Notes under the pieces: generated by a model | What the model was told of the DNA's origin: nothing | Databases searched by the model: none | Seen by the model: the letters and a program-made list of their open reading frames with translations, nothing else | From: Amphiscolops sp. MND2022 | Taxonomy: Eukaryota | DNA length: 64,000 bases | Direction: 5' to 3' | Assembly (NCBI GenBank): GCA_964187785.1 | Contig: OZ076409.1 | Coordinates: 10,728,001 to 10,792,000, forward strand | Made by a program: the position numbers and the translations under genes | Part shown: positions 51,944 through 64,000 of the stretch, piece by piece | Numbering within the stretch: position 1 is the stretch's first letter | Layout of the letters: every line of letters begins with the position of its first letter

Positions 51944-54900
51944 TTATTGAGCTGAACTGCGTCGGGTCCGCTCCTTAGTGGCATCATCTGAGTTCTGTTC
52001 TGGGTTATCAGTCGACACTGACGCTCGACGTCTGGGAGAAACTTCTGTGGCAACTGTTTCAGAGTCCGACGGACTTTCGGGGAGCGACAACTCGGCAATA
52101 GGCTGCACTAGTGCTGCATTGGGAGTCAATTCGGCAGTTTGCTCTCCGGACTGCTGCTGCAAGGACTGAGGGCTCGTTCGCGACGAGGACGGGCCAACTG
52201 GGTCTGGCTCCAAGTTATGGGTTGGAAGGTTAATGGTGATCGGTTGAGAGATGAGCCGATCCAAAGACATCGCCATCGTTGGTGCGAGCATGGTAGGCGC
52301 GAACGCCTGTTGTCTCGCTATCTCTGCTCTACCTTCTACCGCTAGTGCTACTCGGCGTGAGATCCATCCAGATTGGCTCCAGAGCTCGCAAGCTCTCTTC
52401 CATTTAGGGAAGCTTGCAATCTCCAACTCCAGACAGTACTCTTCCCATCTCGCTCGTTCTGTTGAGCCCAACACGGAATTTATCTCATCGTGCTGGACGA
52501 TGGACATATCTCCAGACATGGTCATCTTTCCCGTAGGTTTCCATGCCGACTTCCTGGGGAATGGGACAACGCGGGATTGGAGATTCCTCTGCCTGATCTG
52601 AGCAGCGCCTTCAATCCATCCTGGGATCTGGGCTGACTCCAAGTGTTGGATTTGGCGGTTGAACACCTCTGGGGCGCGTCCAACGATTTTCGCCCTGGGC
52701 CAACCTAACGGCTCCTTTCAATAGCGGTTTGGGAAGGCGATGCATTTGAAGCAGTATAAAGGGTCCACAGGTGGACCAGCACTAGTGCTGGCGCGAATCG
52801 CCTTCCTTATGAACTCTTGACTCCAGGGGAACCTAAAGGGGACCCCTTCCAAACTGAGAGGTGCGGAGTACCAGTTCACTGGTCCATGCTCTCGGGGCAG
52901 AGGACATGCTTTCCTGGTGCGCGCGCGCAACAAACCCATCAGGTTCTCCTCCAACTCTCTTTCGGATTTTATGGTCGTGTACCCATGCGGCACCTCGCCA
53001 CTCAGCACTGCATGTATTACCCTTGGATACGCCAGCGAGGGACGGCCCCGCAGGTAGGTACTAAAGGAGACCATGTGCACTTGGACGGCTGTTGCCAATG
53101 GTTTTGTTGGGTATCGGCACACGCCCACTGCGCCAAAGATAGGGGCCAAGACAGGAGCCATGGCTGCCACAAAATCTTCTACTTCAGCCAGGGTGAGATC
53201 TGCAATCTGCTGCGGCATGGGAAATCCTGCCGTTTCCCGTGGGATCTGCTGGTCGGAGTTATGTAGTGGTTGGGATTGGTCCACGCCCACGAATAGACCG
53301 GAGGCGAACACCAGGGTGGAGTACAGCCAGTGCTGGATTGACGCACGCATGCGCTCCAGTTGGGCGGAATAGTCTTGCTGGTCTTTGGAAGTCATCAAGT
53401 GTCCACAGCGGGTCAGGCTGCGTAGTTGTCCTTGTGCCAGGACCAAGTAGCTGTAGAACACGGTGAGGTCGCAGGCAATCACTATGTCGACTAACAAGGC
53501 CAGTGGTCCAGCTACAAACTTGGTTGGAACCATCGCTAGCGCGAGCGCTAGTATTTCTCCGACGGTTGCCTCTCCAATTGTTTCTAGCAGCTTGTCCGTT
53601 TGCGTAGAGGTCAGCGAGAACTCAGAAGTTAGTACCTCTAGGTTCCATCCCAGACCAAGACTGGTACAGAAGGCTTCCAATGGACAATTGAGCTTTCGAG
53701 CTACTTCTGCCAGAGTTCTGGTGGCAAACCTAGTCTGGTACCAATAGGCATAAGTGGTGGCTGCGGCGTCGACTTCTGCTTTCAGGTTTGTTGCTTCCAT
53801 TGCTACGATACACCGCAGCCCTACAGGCAGCTTCACGGGCTCGATTCCCGAGGCGAAGTGGATCTGAGGAATTGTTCTCTCGACGGTGCGCGCTGCAGGC
53901 CATGCACCAATTTGTTTTGTCAGGTCGGCTAATTCTGCGCGCACTGGGATTTCTTTGTCTCTTCGCACTAGCCAATTGTACCGGCGAACAGCCACTCGTT
54001 CGGTTACATTAGATTCTAGGGCAATGCGGTTGCCGTCAAGGTCGAAGGCCAATCTGCCCATCCGCATTCCATAATCATAGAGGATAGCATCGTCAATGGT
54101 TAGCTGGGCGTTTCCCGAGCGTTCTATAGCCACGAGCGCTCTAGATACGGCGGCAAAGAAGGCTGGGTACGATAAGGTATCTGGGCGCAGGTCCTCTCGG
54201 TCCACACGCAGTTTCGGTGCACAGATGGCGAATTCGACTCTGCGCGCCTTGCACACCTCCAGCAGAATGTAGACGAACTGCTGCAGACTTCGCGGCCAAT
54301 ACATGAATCCTGGTGGGGATACAAAGAGCGCGAGCGCTCCCAGACGACCCCGAAGGATCCCTGCGGCACGTTCCATTGCACCGACCACCTCATTTACAAG
54401 GGCGGCAATGTCTCCAAGTCGTCGGACATTGGACATTATGGCCTCCAGGTCGTGCAGCAACCCTTCGCAAGCCATGTGATCCAGAAGATTGGCAAAGATC
54501 ACTCGCTGTGGGGGTGGTTCCTTTTGTGATCCTCTTAAGTTTGGATCGTATATGGCTCCAACCATCTCAGCGACCTCAGCGAAGCGAGACAGGGGCATAG
54601 TTAGCACCAGCACGTCAGGCCTTAAATTGTCAATAGGAAGGTCACTTCGGCAAGTAGAATCAACTGCCATGCAGTAGCGCGCGCGCTGCGGAGCTGCTTT
54701 CAATAGGGGTTTCAAAGATCTCAGATTGCGAGCGTAGCGGGCGTTCGCTTCCCATGTCTCACCTTCTCGCAACACATACCGTGCGGGGAATTGCTCAGTG
54801 ATATTGTGTTGCAGGGGCGCCATGTAATCGTTGGTTGTCATAGGCAGCTGCTCTCGAGCACGCTGTTCCCAAGCCTGCTCCGACATGTCTGCGTCACGGG

Positions 54901-56251
54901 GGCGGAGCGAACGCGTGACTTGCGCCGGTATCGTGGTTCGGTTGATCTCCTTTTGCTCCGTTTCAGTTGGAGGGGTCCTTTTCTTGATAGCGCATTGACT
55001 GGGGTAGAGATGCTCAGCCGCCATCCAAATGCGTTTGCTATCATTGGTGACTACTGAGCCGGATACGTCGTCAGATGGAGGGAGAAAGGCTGGAGGATGG
55101 GCTTCCTCCACCGTCTCAGGTATCTCCAGGGACATATCTATTGGATTGGTGCCCGAGGGCACAGAGCTCACTTCCGAGCCTGCATCCGGATCTCCTTACT
55201 GCTCGATCGCGTCTGCTAAAGACATTTGAGGTGCGCTTCGGCATAGATGACCCACCCGGTACGGGGGCCTAGGGATGACCACACTCTTCAGCTGGGGCCG
55301 AGGTACATCAGCGCGCTTGTCGGGAGGGGGACGACTAGTTGGGCTCTCGGTTACCGAGCCAGCTGGGGTAACTGAGACAGTTTCTTCAGTTAGCCGCTTT
55401 CTCCCCGCTTCTTCTCGTGTGCCAGTGGCAGCGCTTGCGCTGTTGCTCGGTCCAGCGACAATTTCCATATCCATAGATGGCGTTTCGACTAAGGGAGCAG
55501 GGGGGTCACAGCCCGCGGGCTGAGCAGCAGCTTGCAGATACGTGGCTAGTCCAGGGATTCTCTGCTCCACGGCACGGACGAAATCGGTGGAGTTGGGATA
55601 GTTCGCCACTGCTTGCAAGGCCACAATTACGGCCTGTTCGCTGGTACTCCTTCCCGTCAGCTCTGGGTTGGGTATGGGTGGTAACTGGGACCCCGAGGGC
55701 TCCCGATCAGAGACTGGTGCATTAGTAGTGGTTTGCAGTACCATGTGTGGTGCTCGATATGAGGTTCCAAAGGCAGGCGAACCGGAATAAGTTGGCGTCA
55801 TTGGTACTGGTTTTGGTGCTGGTGGGGGCAGTGGGACCATCTGAGGAGGAGGCATTGTTGCTACGCTGGCAGGCACCATACACAGTGAGGCTTCTTGCTC
55901 GAATCTCGTGCCTTGGCTGGGCCCGAGCATTGTGGTAGAACGTTCATCCAGGAACTGGTGCGTCAGATCGTGGCCATCCCACGCATTGTTTTGGCAGGTT
56001 AGGGTGCGACGGTAACCGGCTACTTCCGTCACCAGAGACACGGGTACGCCCGGCAGCGTCTGCATTGTGTCTAGTTGGGTGAGTAGGGCGGCCACGCCCG
56101 CTACCGCTAACGGTGAGAGGCCGTTCCTCAGTCGTTCTTCTACGTATTGGACTTGATTAGTCCTCTGCGCTCGCGCAGGCAATTCTTGAGTCCTATTGGC
56201 GTGAGGTCCCGTCGTGGAAATAGGTACCGTGTTGTTGGGGTAATAAGCCAT
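51944..56251 (-). pseudogene. Extra ORF of element 2 (about 1435 codons, two in-frame stops) with an SGNH-like domain
   Basis: ORFs 55196-56251, 52718-55171 and 51944-52666 are in one frame (gaps of 24 and 51 nt), split only by one TAA and one TGA. Confidence 0.8.
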
Positions 56252-56537
56252 TATATCATAGGTCTAAAAAGGATTACCGTTAGGCTTACCAAGTGCATTG
56301 TGGGGAGAGCTTAAGGCTCATCACTCAGCTGCAATAGTACAAAGATGGTTCCATAGAGGAACCGCAACAAGTTTAAATTGTAGTTCAACTAACTAATTAG
56401 AACATAAAGATAGAAGTTATTTAACGCTACGTTACAATGTAATCATTTCATGGGATGGTTTAAGACTTCCTCCCAGGCATAACGATTATCGGGTGGGTGA
56501 ATTGAATAGGGGGGCAACAAAAAGTGTTTTGAGCGGG

Positions 56538-57770
56538 CTACTCCAGCCCTATGTTCAGAATGGACACATACACGCGGTTATGCAGCACCACGTGAATGCC
56601 AGTGCCCTCCAGCAAATTCGTTAGGGTATGGTATAAGTTTACCAATGAAAGGGCGGGTCGCTCTGGATCGAGTATATGTAGGTGGACCCTCGTGGATCCT
56701 TTCTCTATCAAACGCTGTATCGAGTGCGTCATACAACGTAGGTAGTCGTCTGTGAGCAGCGGCGCACGCTGGTTTGCTCTGATTATTAGTAAGTGAATAC
56801 TCTGATTGGGGTTTGGGTTGATATCGGGAGGAATGGTGAGAATCTCCCCCACCTTAGGACGTAAGGAGAATACATTCTCCTTGCCGCATTCTCGTAGCAC
56901 GTACCGTAGGGCGGCTGAGTTGGTCTCTAGGTCAGCGGAACACGCTAACACCATATCACCTTCTACTTGAAGAAAATCAGTTACATCATATGAGAGGTGC
57001 TCTGTTGGGGCTGGATGCAGGATTCCCGGGTAGATTATCTCTCTCCCCGGCCCATTGTCGGCAGGCAGGCATACGCGGGGCGTACGCCCCTGGATTGCAG
57101 CCAGGTCTTGCCATACCGAGCGTGGCATCGCTCGATTATCACTGCTCGCCCTAACCCATGTGTCTAGGGTACTCAAAACGGCTTTCGGAGGAAGCGGAAT
57201 CTCGAAAGTATGAGTCCACTCGTCCAGCAATCTAATGCGAGGATAATTGGGGAAACAAGTGATGATCAGCTCCAACCACCACGCGAATTTCACTTTGCCA
57301 CGATACCAGTCTATGATGTGGAAGCAAAGTATCAAGTCCGCGGTAGTGAGGGTCCTCAGACCTTCCAAACAGGACAGCAGGTGCAATGGTTCCACTATTG
57401 CCTCCACTCGTGGAGCAGTGACCAGCAACCACCAGTGCGGCGCTGGGCTGTATACTCCGCCCGGATCCACGTGAATTCCGTATTTGTCACAGAGAAGATC
57501 AGCGGTGATGCATCGGACCATTTGCACAGGCTCCCGCTCGAAGTTGAAGGGTCCAAAAGCAATATTGCTGGGTACTGGGGGCATCACCGTTGCGAGGGTG
57601 AACTCTAACCCTTTTCCGTCGCTAGTCCATTCCTTGAACCGAGGGCATGGGGCCTTCGCTACTCCAGGTAGTGATAACTTCTCCAGAATAACATCCACGG
57701 GATGGTCTCCGCGTCGTTCCAGGGAGGAATAAGTCTTTTCAGCTCTCACCGTAAGGCGATGTACTAGATT
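56538..57770 (-). CDS. In-frame extension after Pol with two degenerate TARG1/Poa1p-like macrodomains
   Basis: Same frame as the integrase C-terminal ORF after a single TAA (57771-57773). Motifs LACSADL, PKVGEI, IHLLIIR, YLRCM and MVRCITADL, WLLVT, LSCLEGL. Confidence 0.65.
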   Translation of the reverse strand, partial: NLVHRLTVRAEKTYSSLERRGDHPVDVILEKLSLPGVAKAPCPRFKEWTSDGKGLEFTLATVMPPVPSNIAFGPFNFEREPVQMVRCITADLLCDKYGIHVDPGGVYSPAPHWWLLVTAPRVEAIVEPLHLLSCLEGLRTLTTADLILCFHIIDWYRGKVKFAWWLELIITCFPNYPRIRLLDEWTHTFEIPLPPKAVLSTLDTWVRASSDNRAMPRSVWQDLAAIQGRTPRVCLPADNGPGREIIYPGILHPAPTEHLSYDVTDFLQVEGDMVLACSADLETNSAALRYVLRECGKENVFSLRPKVGEILTIPPDINPNPNQSIHLLIIRANQRAPLLTDDYLRCMTHSIQRLIEKGSTRVHLHILDPERPALSLVNLYHTLTNLLEGTGIHVVLHNRVYVSILNIGLE

Positions 57771-60700
57771 TTATCCCCGCTTCGGAGAAACTCCCCGGGC
57801 TCCAGTGGGAATCCTCCGGTTCTCATTGACGGCTAGCAAGCAAACACAGTCTCGCAGCCCACAGGTCCCACACTTGTAGCGTGGCTGCCGCCTGCTTCTC
57901 AGTTGATATCGGGGGACCTCAGAAGCCTCGGTCGGTATTGCTGTTTCCGACGGCATTGTTGTTGTAGTTTCTTTCTTCCTCGTTCTTGCCTTCGCTCTGA
58001 CCAGCCTTTTTCGCGTTTTGGGTGGTCTCCCCCTCCCCCTTTTGAAAGAAGGAGCGGTCCCCGCTCCGGGCAATGTTGTGGGAAGAGTAGGAATATTGGA
58101 CTGAGCGTTGTCATCCTCGGTGGCGGATTTCAGAGGAAGGGAAGGAGCGGCCGGCCAAATGGGATAGTTGTTGAGGAAACTCGTCAGTGATGGATTTGTC
58201 AGTAGTGGGGCCGATGTTCCCAATAATGAGGGCTGTTCTTCGGGCGAGGATATTCGTGGTGACGGAGAGCGCGCGCGCTCATGGTCGGAGAATAGTTGAG
58301 GCAGATGATGGGTAGGTGATACTGATTGGTCTGAAGGGAGTTGGGGTTCGGGCTCCCTGCGATCAGCATCAACGGGATCAAGAGGTACCGGTAACATGAT
58401 TTCGGACAACTCGTTGTCAGTGCCCGAAGTTGAGTAGTCGAATTGCTGGTAGTGCATGCGGGAACCTCCAGCACGTAACTTTGTGCGCAGACGGGTATCC
58501 ATCCAATGTTGCTTGCGCGAAGGCAAGGATACGTCAGATGCTTCTGAAAGTAGTTGTTCAGTTTTATATGAAGGCTGGGACTTATCGTCGTCAACTGCTT
58601 CAATGGAACGTTCAGGGTCAGGGTCCATGAGTACCACTATTTCGCCGCTGTCCGCTTGCGCGGTGGCGAGCTCAAGGGGCCCACTATGATGAGGTTTCAG
58701 GCGCTCAAAATGAACCTTTTGGCCTGTGTCCAATACGTAGACACGTCCTTCTTGAAAAACTTGCACTATTTTGTGCGGGCCACGCCAGGCGCGCATCAGT
58801 TTTGGAGAGCCTTTTTGCGGCACGTAGCGGCAAAAAACCCAGACAAGCTCTCCTGGCTGGTAAGCTCGTGCTCGGATAGCACGATCATATTTCAGTTTTT
58901 GGCGCAATTGGGCTTGGCGCGTATTGCGCCGGACCAAGTCGTGAATTTCTTGTTGGCGAGCCAACACATGATCCACGTATGCTTCATGCGTATCGAAGGA
59001 CTTGGCTGCAAATTCGGGGTACAAAAAGGTGAGGGGAATTGCTTTCTCAACACCCCTTGTTAACATATAGGGCGAGAAGCCTGTAGTGGCGTGCCTGGTG
59101 GAATTATAGGCACCGATTACTTCATCTAAGCACTGGTCCCAGTCGCGCATGCGACGTGAGCAAAAGACTCGCAACAAGGTTAAAAGGGTGCGGTTTTGCC
59201 GTTCCACCAAGCCTTGAGTTCATGGATGTCCGGCAGTGGAGGTCACCTTAGTGACGTGAGCTGCCTTTAGGAACTCATTAGAGACGTCGGCAGTAAGGTT
59301 GGGAGCATTGTCTGATTGCATGCGAGTGGGGGTGCCGTGGCGGGCAAACCATTTCTGCAGTAGCAATCGTGAGGTGGTCACTGCGTCATAGTCATGGTAA
59401 CTACAAGGGACTGCCTCTGCAAATTTAGAGAAATGGTCGATGATGACCAGAATGCCAGTGTTGTCGTTATCAGAGGGGCAGATTTTTAAGTGGTCATATT
59501 GGACCAACTCGTTGAAGTAGCCACTCTGAATGTTTTTCAGTTGAAATCGTACGTCACCAGGCTTGTCACGTACTTGTTGGCAGGTGAGGCATTGGCCGAC
59601 GTATCGACCGACACTGCGCCGTATGCCGGGCCAGGTGTGGCGCTCTTGAATTCGAGCTACTACCTTTGAGATACCTTGGTGTCCCATTGCGTCGTGCGCA
59701 CGGAACAGAATCTCATGCTGGTACAGCTGAGGCATTATGATCATGCACGGACGTTCGTGCAGTGGGCGTTGGGTGGGGGAGTATTGCACGCAAAGGACGT
59801 CACTCTTGTTTATGAACAAGAGGTCCTTTTTCTGGCGGAAGTAATTACGTGCGAACTCACGCACGTTCTCGGGAAACACATCATTATCTAGGGATTCACA
59901 CTGCACGAGCTTTTTCAGCGCTAGCACATGGACATCGCGGTTTTGGGCTAAAACCAAATCCTTGATCCCATGCACGGTATGAGTGTGTTCATGGAGCTCG
60001 GTGTCTATGTCCTTGAGGGCCATGATCGACTCGCGCACGCCATCAGGAGAGTTCTGTAGCATGGCGTTACTCGTTCCCGTCACAGAATAGATGGTGCGCG
60101 AGGGGACATTTACTGCATGTGTTGGCAGCAGGTAATCCTCACTCGCCTCAGTGGTGACGTCTATCCAGTCTTCAGGATAGTCTGGGTAGAAGTCTTCGTG
60201 TTTTTGCAGTACGGGTGGAGGCTGAGGCGGTAAAGGCGCGGCTAGCGCCTTCGCCTGTCGTTCTCGCTTGTTCGCTCGTTGCACACGGCGAAGCACACGG
60301 AGTGCTTGGTCAGGAGCCTTAGGCTCCAAGTTCTGCAAATGCGGTGGTAGGTCAGGATAATTTGGAATGATTCGACCTTGCAGGTCGAACCATGGGGCTA
60401 TGGGGAGGTTGTCGAATTCCTCGGCCGAGAGGAAGTTCCAACGCTCTCCAGTAGCTGGCAGCTGCGCAAGCTGCTGTTCTCGGCATCGATAATCGTTGGT
60501 TCGTTTGCTCAAGCCATCAGCATTGCGGTGTTGCGTTCGTGGTCTGTGTTCCACGCGAAAGTGATACCTGTCCAGTGTCATAATCCAACGTCCAATCAAT
60601 GCTTGGTCCGTGGAGTAGGTTTTCAACCAGGATAGGGCTTGGTTGTCGACTCTCAGGCTGAACTTTCGGGGACAAAGGTAGCTGTGGTACTTGAGGATGA

Positions 60701-63700
60701 AGTAGTAGGCAGCAAACATCTCCAGCTTGGGTGCCCCATACTTGGCTTGGGTGGTGGTCAGTTTCTTGCTGCCGTATATTATCGGTCGTAGGCGTCGCTC
60801 TCCTGGAGCTCCTTGCCACTGGTGTAGGATACCGGAAATGGCAACGGCGCTGGCATCTGTGTCCAGCACAAACTCTCCTTCGGAATCAGGCTGCGCGAGC
60901 GCAGTCGCCTCGATCAATGCTGTCTTGATTTCGTTGAAGGCTTTCTGTTGGTCAGGACCCCATGCAAACGTGGCATTCAGTCCCGTAACGGCGTGGAGGG
61001 GCGCCACCAGCTTGGCATGCCACGGGATGAATTCACGATAATAATTAGCGAATCCCAGGAAACTTTGCATTTCAGTTTTGTTGCGGGGGATGTCCCAATC
61101 GCGCAGTTTGGCAACAGCTTTCGGGTCCGGTTTGACACCTTGTGCGGAGACCACGCGTCCCAGATATTTGATTTCTGGTTTCATGAAGTCGCATTTGGCT
61201 ACGCGCATCTTGAAGCCAGCTTCGCGGAGGCATTCAAAAACCTCGCGCAAACGCGCCATGTGATCTTCCACAGTCTCAGTTGCTATAACTATGTCGTCGA
61301 TGTATGCCATGACCATGCTGCCTTTGCGATTGACTATCTTTTGCAGCGCTCGCGCTATTGCTCGCTGGAAGGTGGCTGATGCATTGCACAAGCCAAATGG
61401 CATTTTTCGCCATTCAAAGAGTCCCAACTCACAGGCAAAGGCTGTCTTGTGGCGGTCCGCCTTTCGCAAGGGAATTTGCCAGAAAGCCCAGGCAAGATCT
61501 ATGCTGGTGTAGATCTTTGCATTGCCCAGTCGCGCCAGGCTTTCATCGATACGGGGCAGGGGGTAGGCATCCTTAATGGTTACTTCATTCAGCGGTCGGA
61601 AGTCACAGCAAAAACGTAACTCCCCGCTTTTCTTTTTTACCATTACGATACCACTTGCCCATGGGGACAGTGAAGGTTGTATCATCCCTAAGGCCAATAA
61701 GCTCCGAACCTCCTGGTTGGCTCGTTCAGCCTTTTCGGGGGACATTCTGCGAGCACCTTCACGGTGCGGTACAGCCTCAGGCTCTACCTCTATGGTGTGT
61801 TTAGCAATGGTACAGCGGCCAATATCCGCCTTGCGTTTCATGAATAGGTCATCAAACTCGTTAAGAATGTTGTCCAAGGACTCGCAGGCGCTAGCGCCCC
61901 AGAGTTTTTTGACTTCTTGCAATTGAGAATCGGGCCCAGGGATCGGGGCCAATAGGTCGGGATCGGTGCGCTTGCGAATCTCGCGCTCCGAAAGCCCCGC
62001 TTCACTTGGATCCGTCGAAGACAAAAACTCAAATTCAGATGAAGAAGTTAACTCAGAAGCAGTGGATAGATTCATTTCACTGTACACTTTATAAACAAAA
62101 TTTGCTCGACTGTTGTAGGCTTCAGTTTTGTGGTCAGCATCCGCAGTAGCATCCAGCTTTTGGGGCACAGCCTGGTATACTAGAGACACAGGCACTACCG
62201 TGCCCAGGTGGGCACCACATCGTACACGCTGCTGGTTGCTGGTGAGGTTTACCAGGCTCACATACAGTGTTCCTGTTTCACTGACAGTGGCCACGCTGTC
62301 CTCTAAAAAGATGGTATTTTGCAATGAGGGATCAGACAACGAGGCGTTAAGCGCCACGGTCTGGAAGATTAATGGTTCAAGCGCGTTGGTGACAAGTTTG
62401 GCCTTTGCCACTGTACGCTCGAAAGGCTGTAGGACTAGGTCACTGTCCAGGGTAATGGGGGTAGTTAGCGAAGCGTCACCTACCTGGGTGTGTGCATGAT
62501 GGGTGCTCGCACCACTCGTTCACGGGTGCTCGCACCACTATCTTCATGGAGGTTAGATCTACCAAGACTTGGTAGGAACGGAGGAAGTTTCGACCCAACA
62601 GAAAGTCCTCCACGCCCATTGCGTCATCTACCACGACGAAATTGGTTTCGAGTTCATACCCTCCCAACTGGAAGCGTATCTGCTCAGCCAACCCGAAAGT
62701 CTTTATTGTCTTCCCATTGGCAGCGTACAAATCAATTTGATAGGGTTTCAGGACCGCACCGGTCCGTGCAGCTACCCGATTGAAGGCGGAGAAGGTTAGT
62801 ATGGATACTCCGGAACCAGTGTCCACCAGGCCTCGCAATGGGATAGGTGCCGCATGGGGCACCACAAAGGAGACAACGAGCGACGCACGCTCGTCTATTC
62901 GCGCTTCCCCGGTAGGTTCTTGGTGGTTGATATTATAGCATTTCAGCTCTTGAGGTCCCAAGCATAAGCCGGGTGGGAATACATCTACCACCACACAGGC
63001 CTCGATTTTCACGTCCACGCCGTCCATCGTTGCACAGACTGGTACTGGCGAGTATGTAGTCAGGGTCTCCGACTCTCCAGGGACGTGCCACTACTTTGGG
63101 CGGTGCAATTCCAACCGGTTATAGAGGACAGATAGTTCAACCCAAAGTTTCGCCAAGGTTAGCGTGGGTCTACGCACCTGCTCGGCTGCCAGCATAAGAT
63201 GAATCGAGATCAACGTTCTCCCTTGTGGATCGAACGTGGTAGGCTCCAAGCACGTCTGAATCTGCTTTGTCCCGCATGTAACTATCAGTGGGGGGTGAAA
63301 CGCTGGGGGCTCCGCTGGGTGTAGCATTAATACGCGATCATCTTCCAGGGGTACCGTGTGGGCGGCCAAACCAGCGGATTCCACCTCGGCCCATCGATTG
63401 TAGGCCAATTCATCATTAGGCCTCGGAGCTTGAGAATGCTCACTGCAGGAGACATCCACATGGTCATAGACTCCACAGTGCGCACACTGATGAATGCCTG
63501 GATAGTTCTCCAACACGCCATCAGTTACGTCTTCGGCAGTGACTTTCACGCCTTCTGGCTCAGGAGCTGCCACTGGTTTGCGAGCTTGATCGCGGGTGGG
63601 ACAGTCCCGGGCAAAATGCCCAGCTTGTCCGCAATTATAGCACGCGCCAACGGGCAGGCGTGCCGCAGGCTGCACTGCTGCTTGATTGGGGGGAGCATTA

Positions 63701-64000
63701 CTCGCTGGTGGGGGAGGCATTACTCCTTGTGGTAACACCAATTTGTTGGGGGGTAGTGGCGCGAAGGGATGAGGTCGAGACCTCATTGCTAGTCTGGGGT
63801 CATAGGGTTGAGGGAATTGGTTAGGTTTGGGACGGTTGAGCTGCAATTGGCGGGTGGTGAAGCGAAGGGATTCCACCGTAGGTGGCTCGGTCAGGAAGAC
63901 TTCCGAGGCATACACTATGGCCAGCTCGCGCCTCAGCGCTGGGTCTCGTACACCTTCCATGAAGCGCTGGAGGATTTCATAGCGCTTGGTGGTGATTGCC
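57771..64000 (-). pseudogene. gag-pol of element 2, disrupted
   Basis: CCHC CYNCGQAGHFARDC; PR LVDTGS; RT YIDD; RNase H DTDAS; IN HHCC and SDN/VER. In-frame TAG at 63091, frameshift near 62510, TGA at 59220 inside the HP-x-TQGLVER motif. Confidence 0.92.

Larger units (their letters stand above)
50460..64000 (-). mobile_element. Ty3/Gypsy LTR retrotransposon, element 2 (5' end outside the window)
   Basis: gag-PR-RT-RH-IN, extra ORFs, PPT and a candidate 3' LTR. Confidence 0.92.

Noticed and set aside
51944..56251. Classical env gene in element 2
   Set aside because: No evident signal peptide, cysteine-rich ectodomain or C-terminal membrane anchor.
52817..62799. Plus-strand ORFs overlapping element 2
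   Set aside because: Shadow frames of GC-rich minus-strand coding sequence.

Overview
Repeat-rich eukaryotic DNA, probably an invertebrate animal (species not determinable from the sequence alone). The first 27 kb hold non-autonomous elements (9-bp-TSD Mutator-like MITEs, CCC-ended CMC/EnSpm-like elements with unrelated filler, DINE-1/Helentron-like repeats, tRNA-derived SINEs), a local direct duplication and the first coding exon of an aminergic-type GPCR. The rest is dominated by two minus-strand Ty3/Gypsy LTR retrotransposons with unusual cargo. Element 1 (27995-47337) is complete, 19.3 kb, with 2239-bp near-identical LTRs and a 5-bp TSD. It carries an antisense 8-exon gene of about 1028 codons that resembles a catalytically dead hAT transposase with a zinc finger. 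It also has dozens of GATG-N7-GATG doublets spaced about 60-70 bp apart in its non-coding DNA, which suggests a self-encoded DNA-binding regulator plus its target arrays. Element 2 (50460 to beyond 64000) is decayed; it has two TARG1-like macrodomains after integrase and a ~1435-codon extra ORF with an SGNH-like domain. All domain calls are by-eye motif recognition, not database searches.
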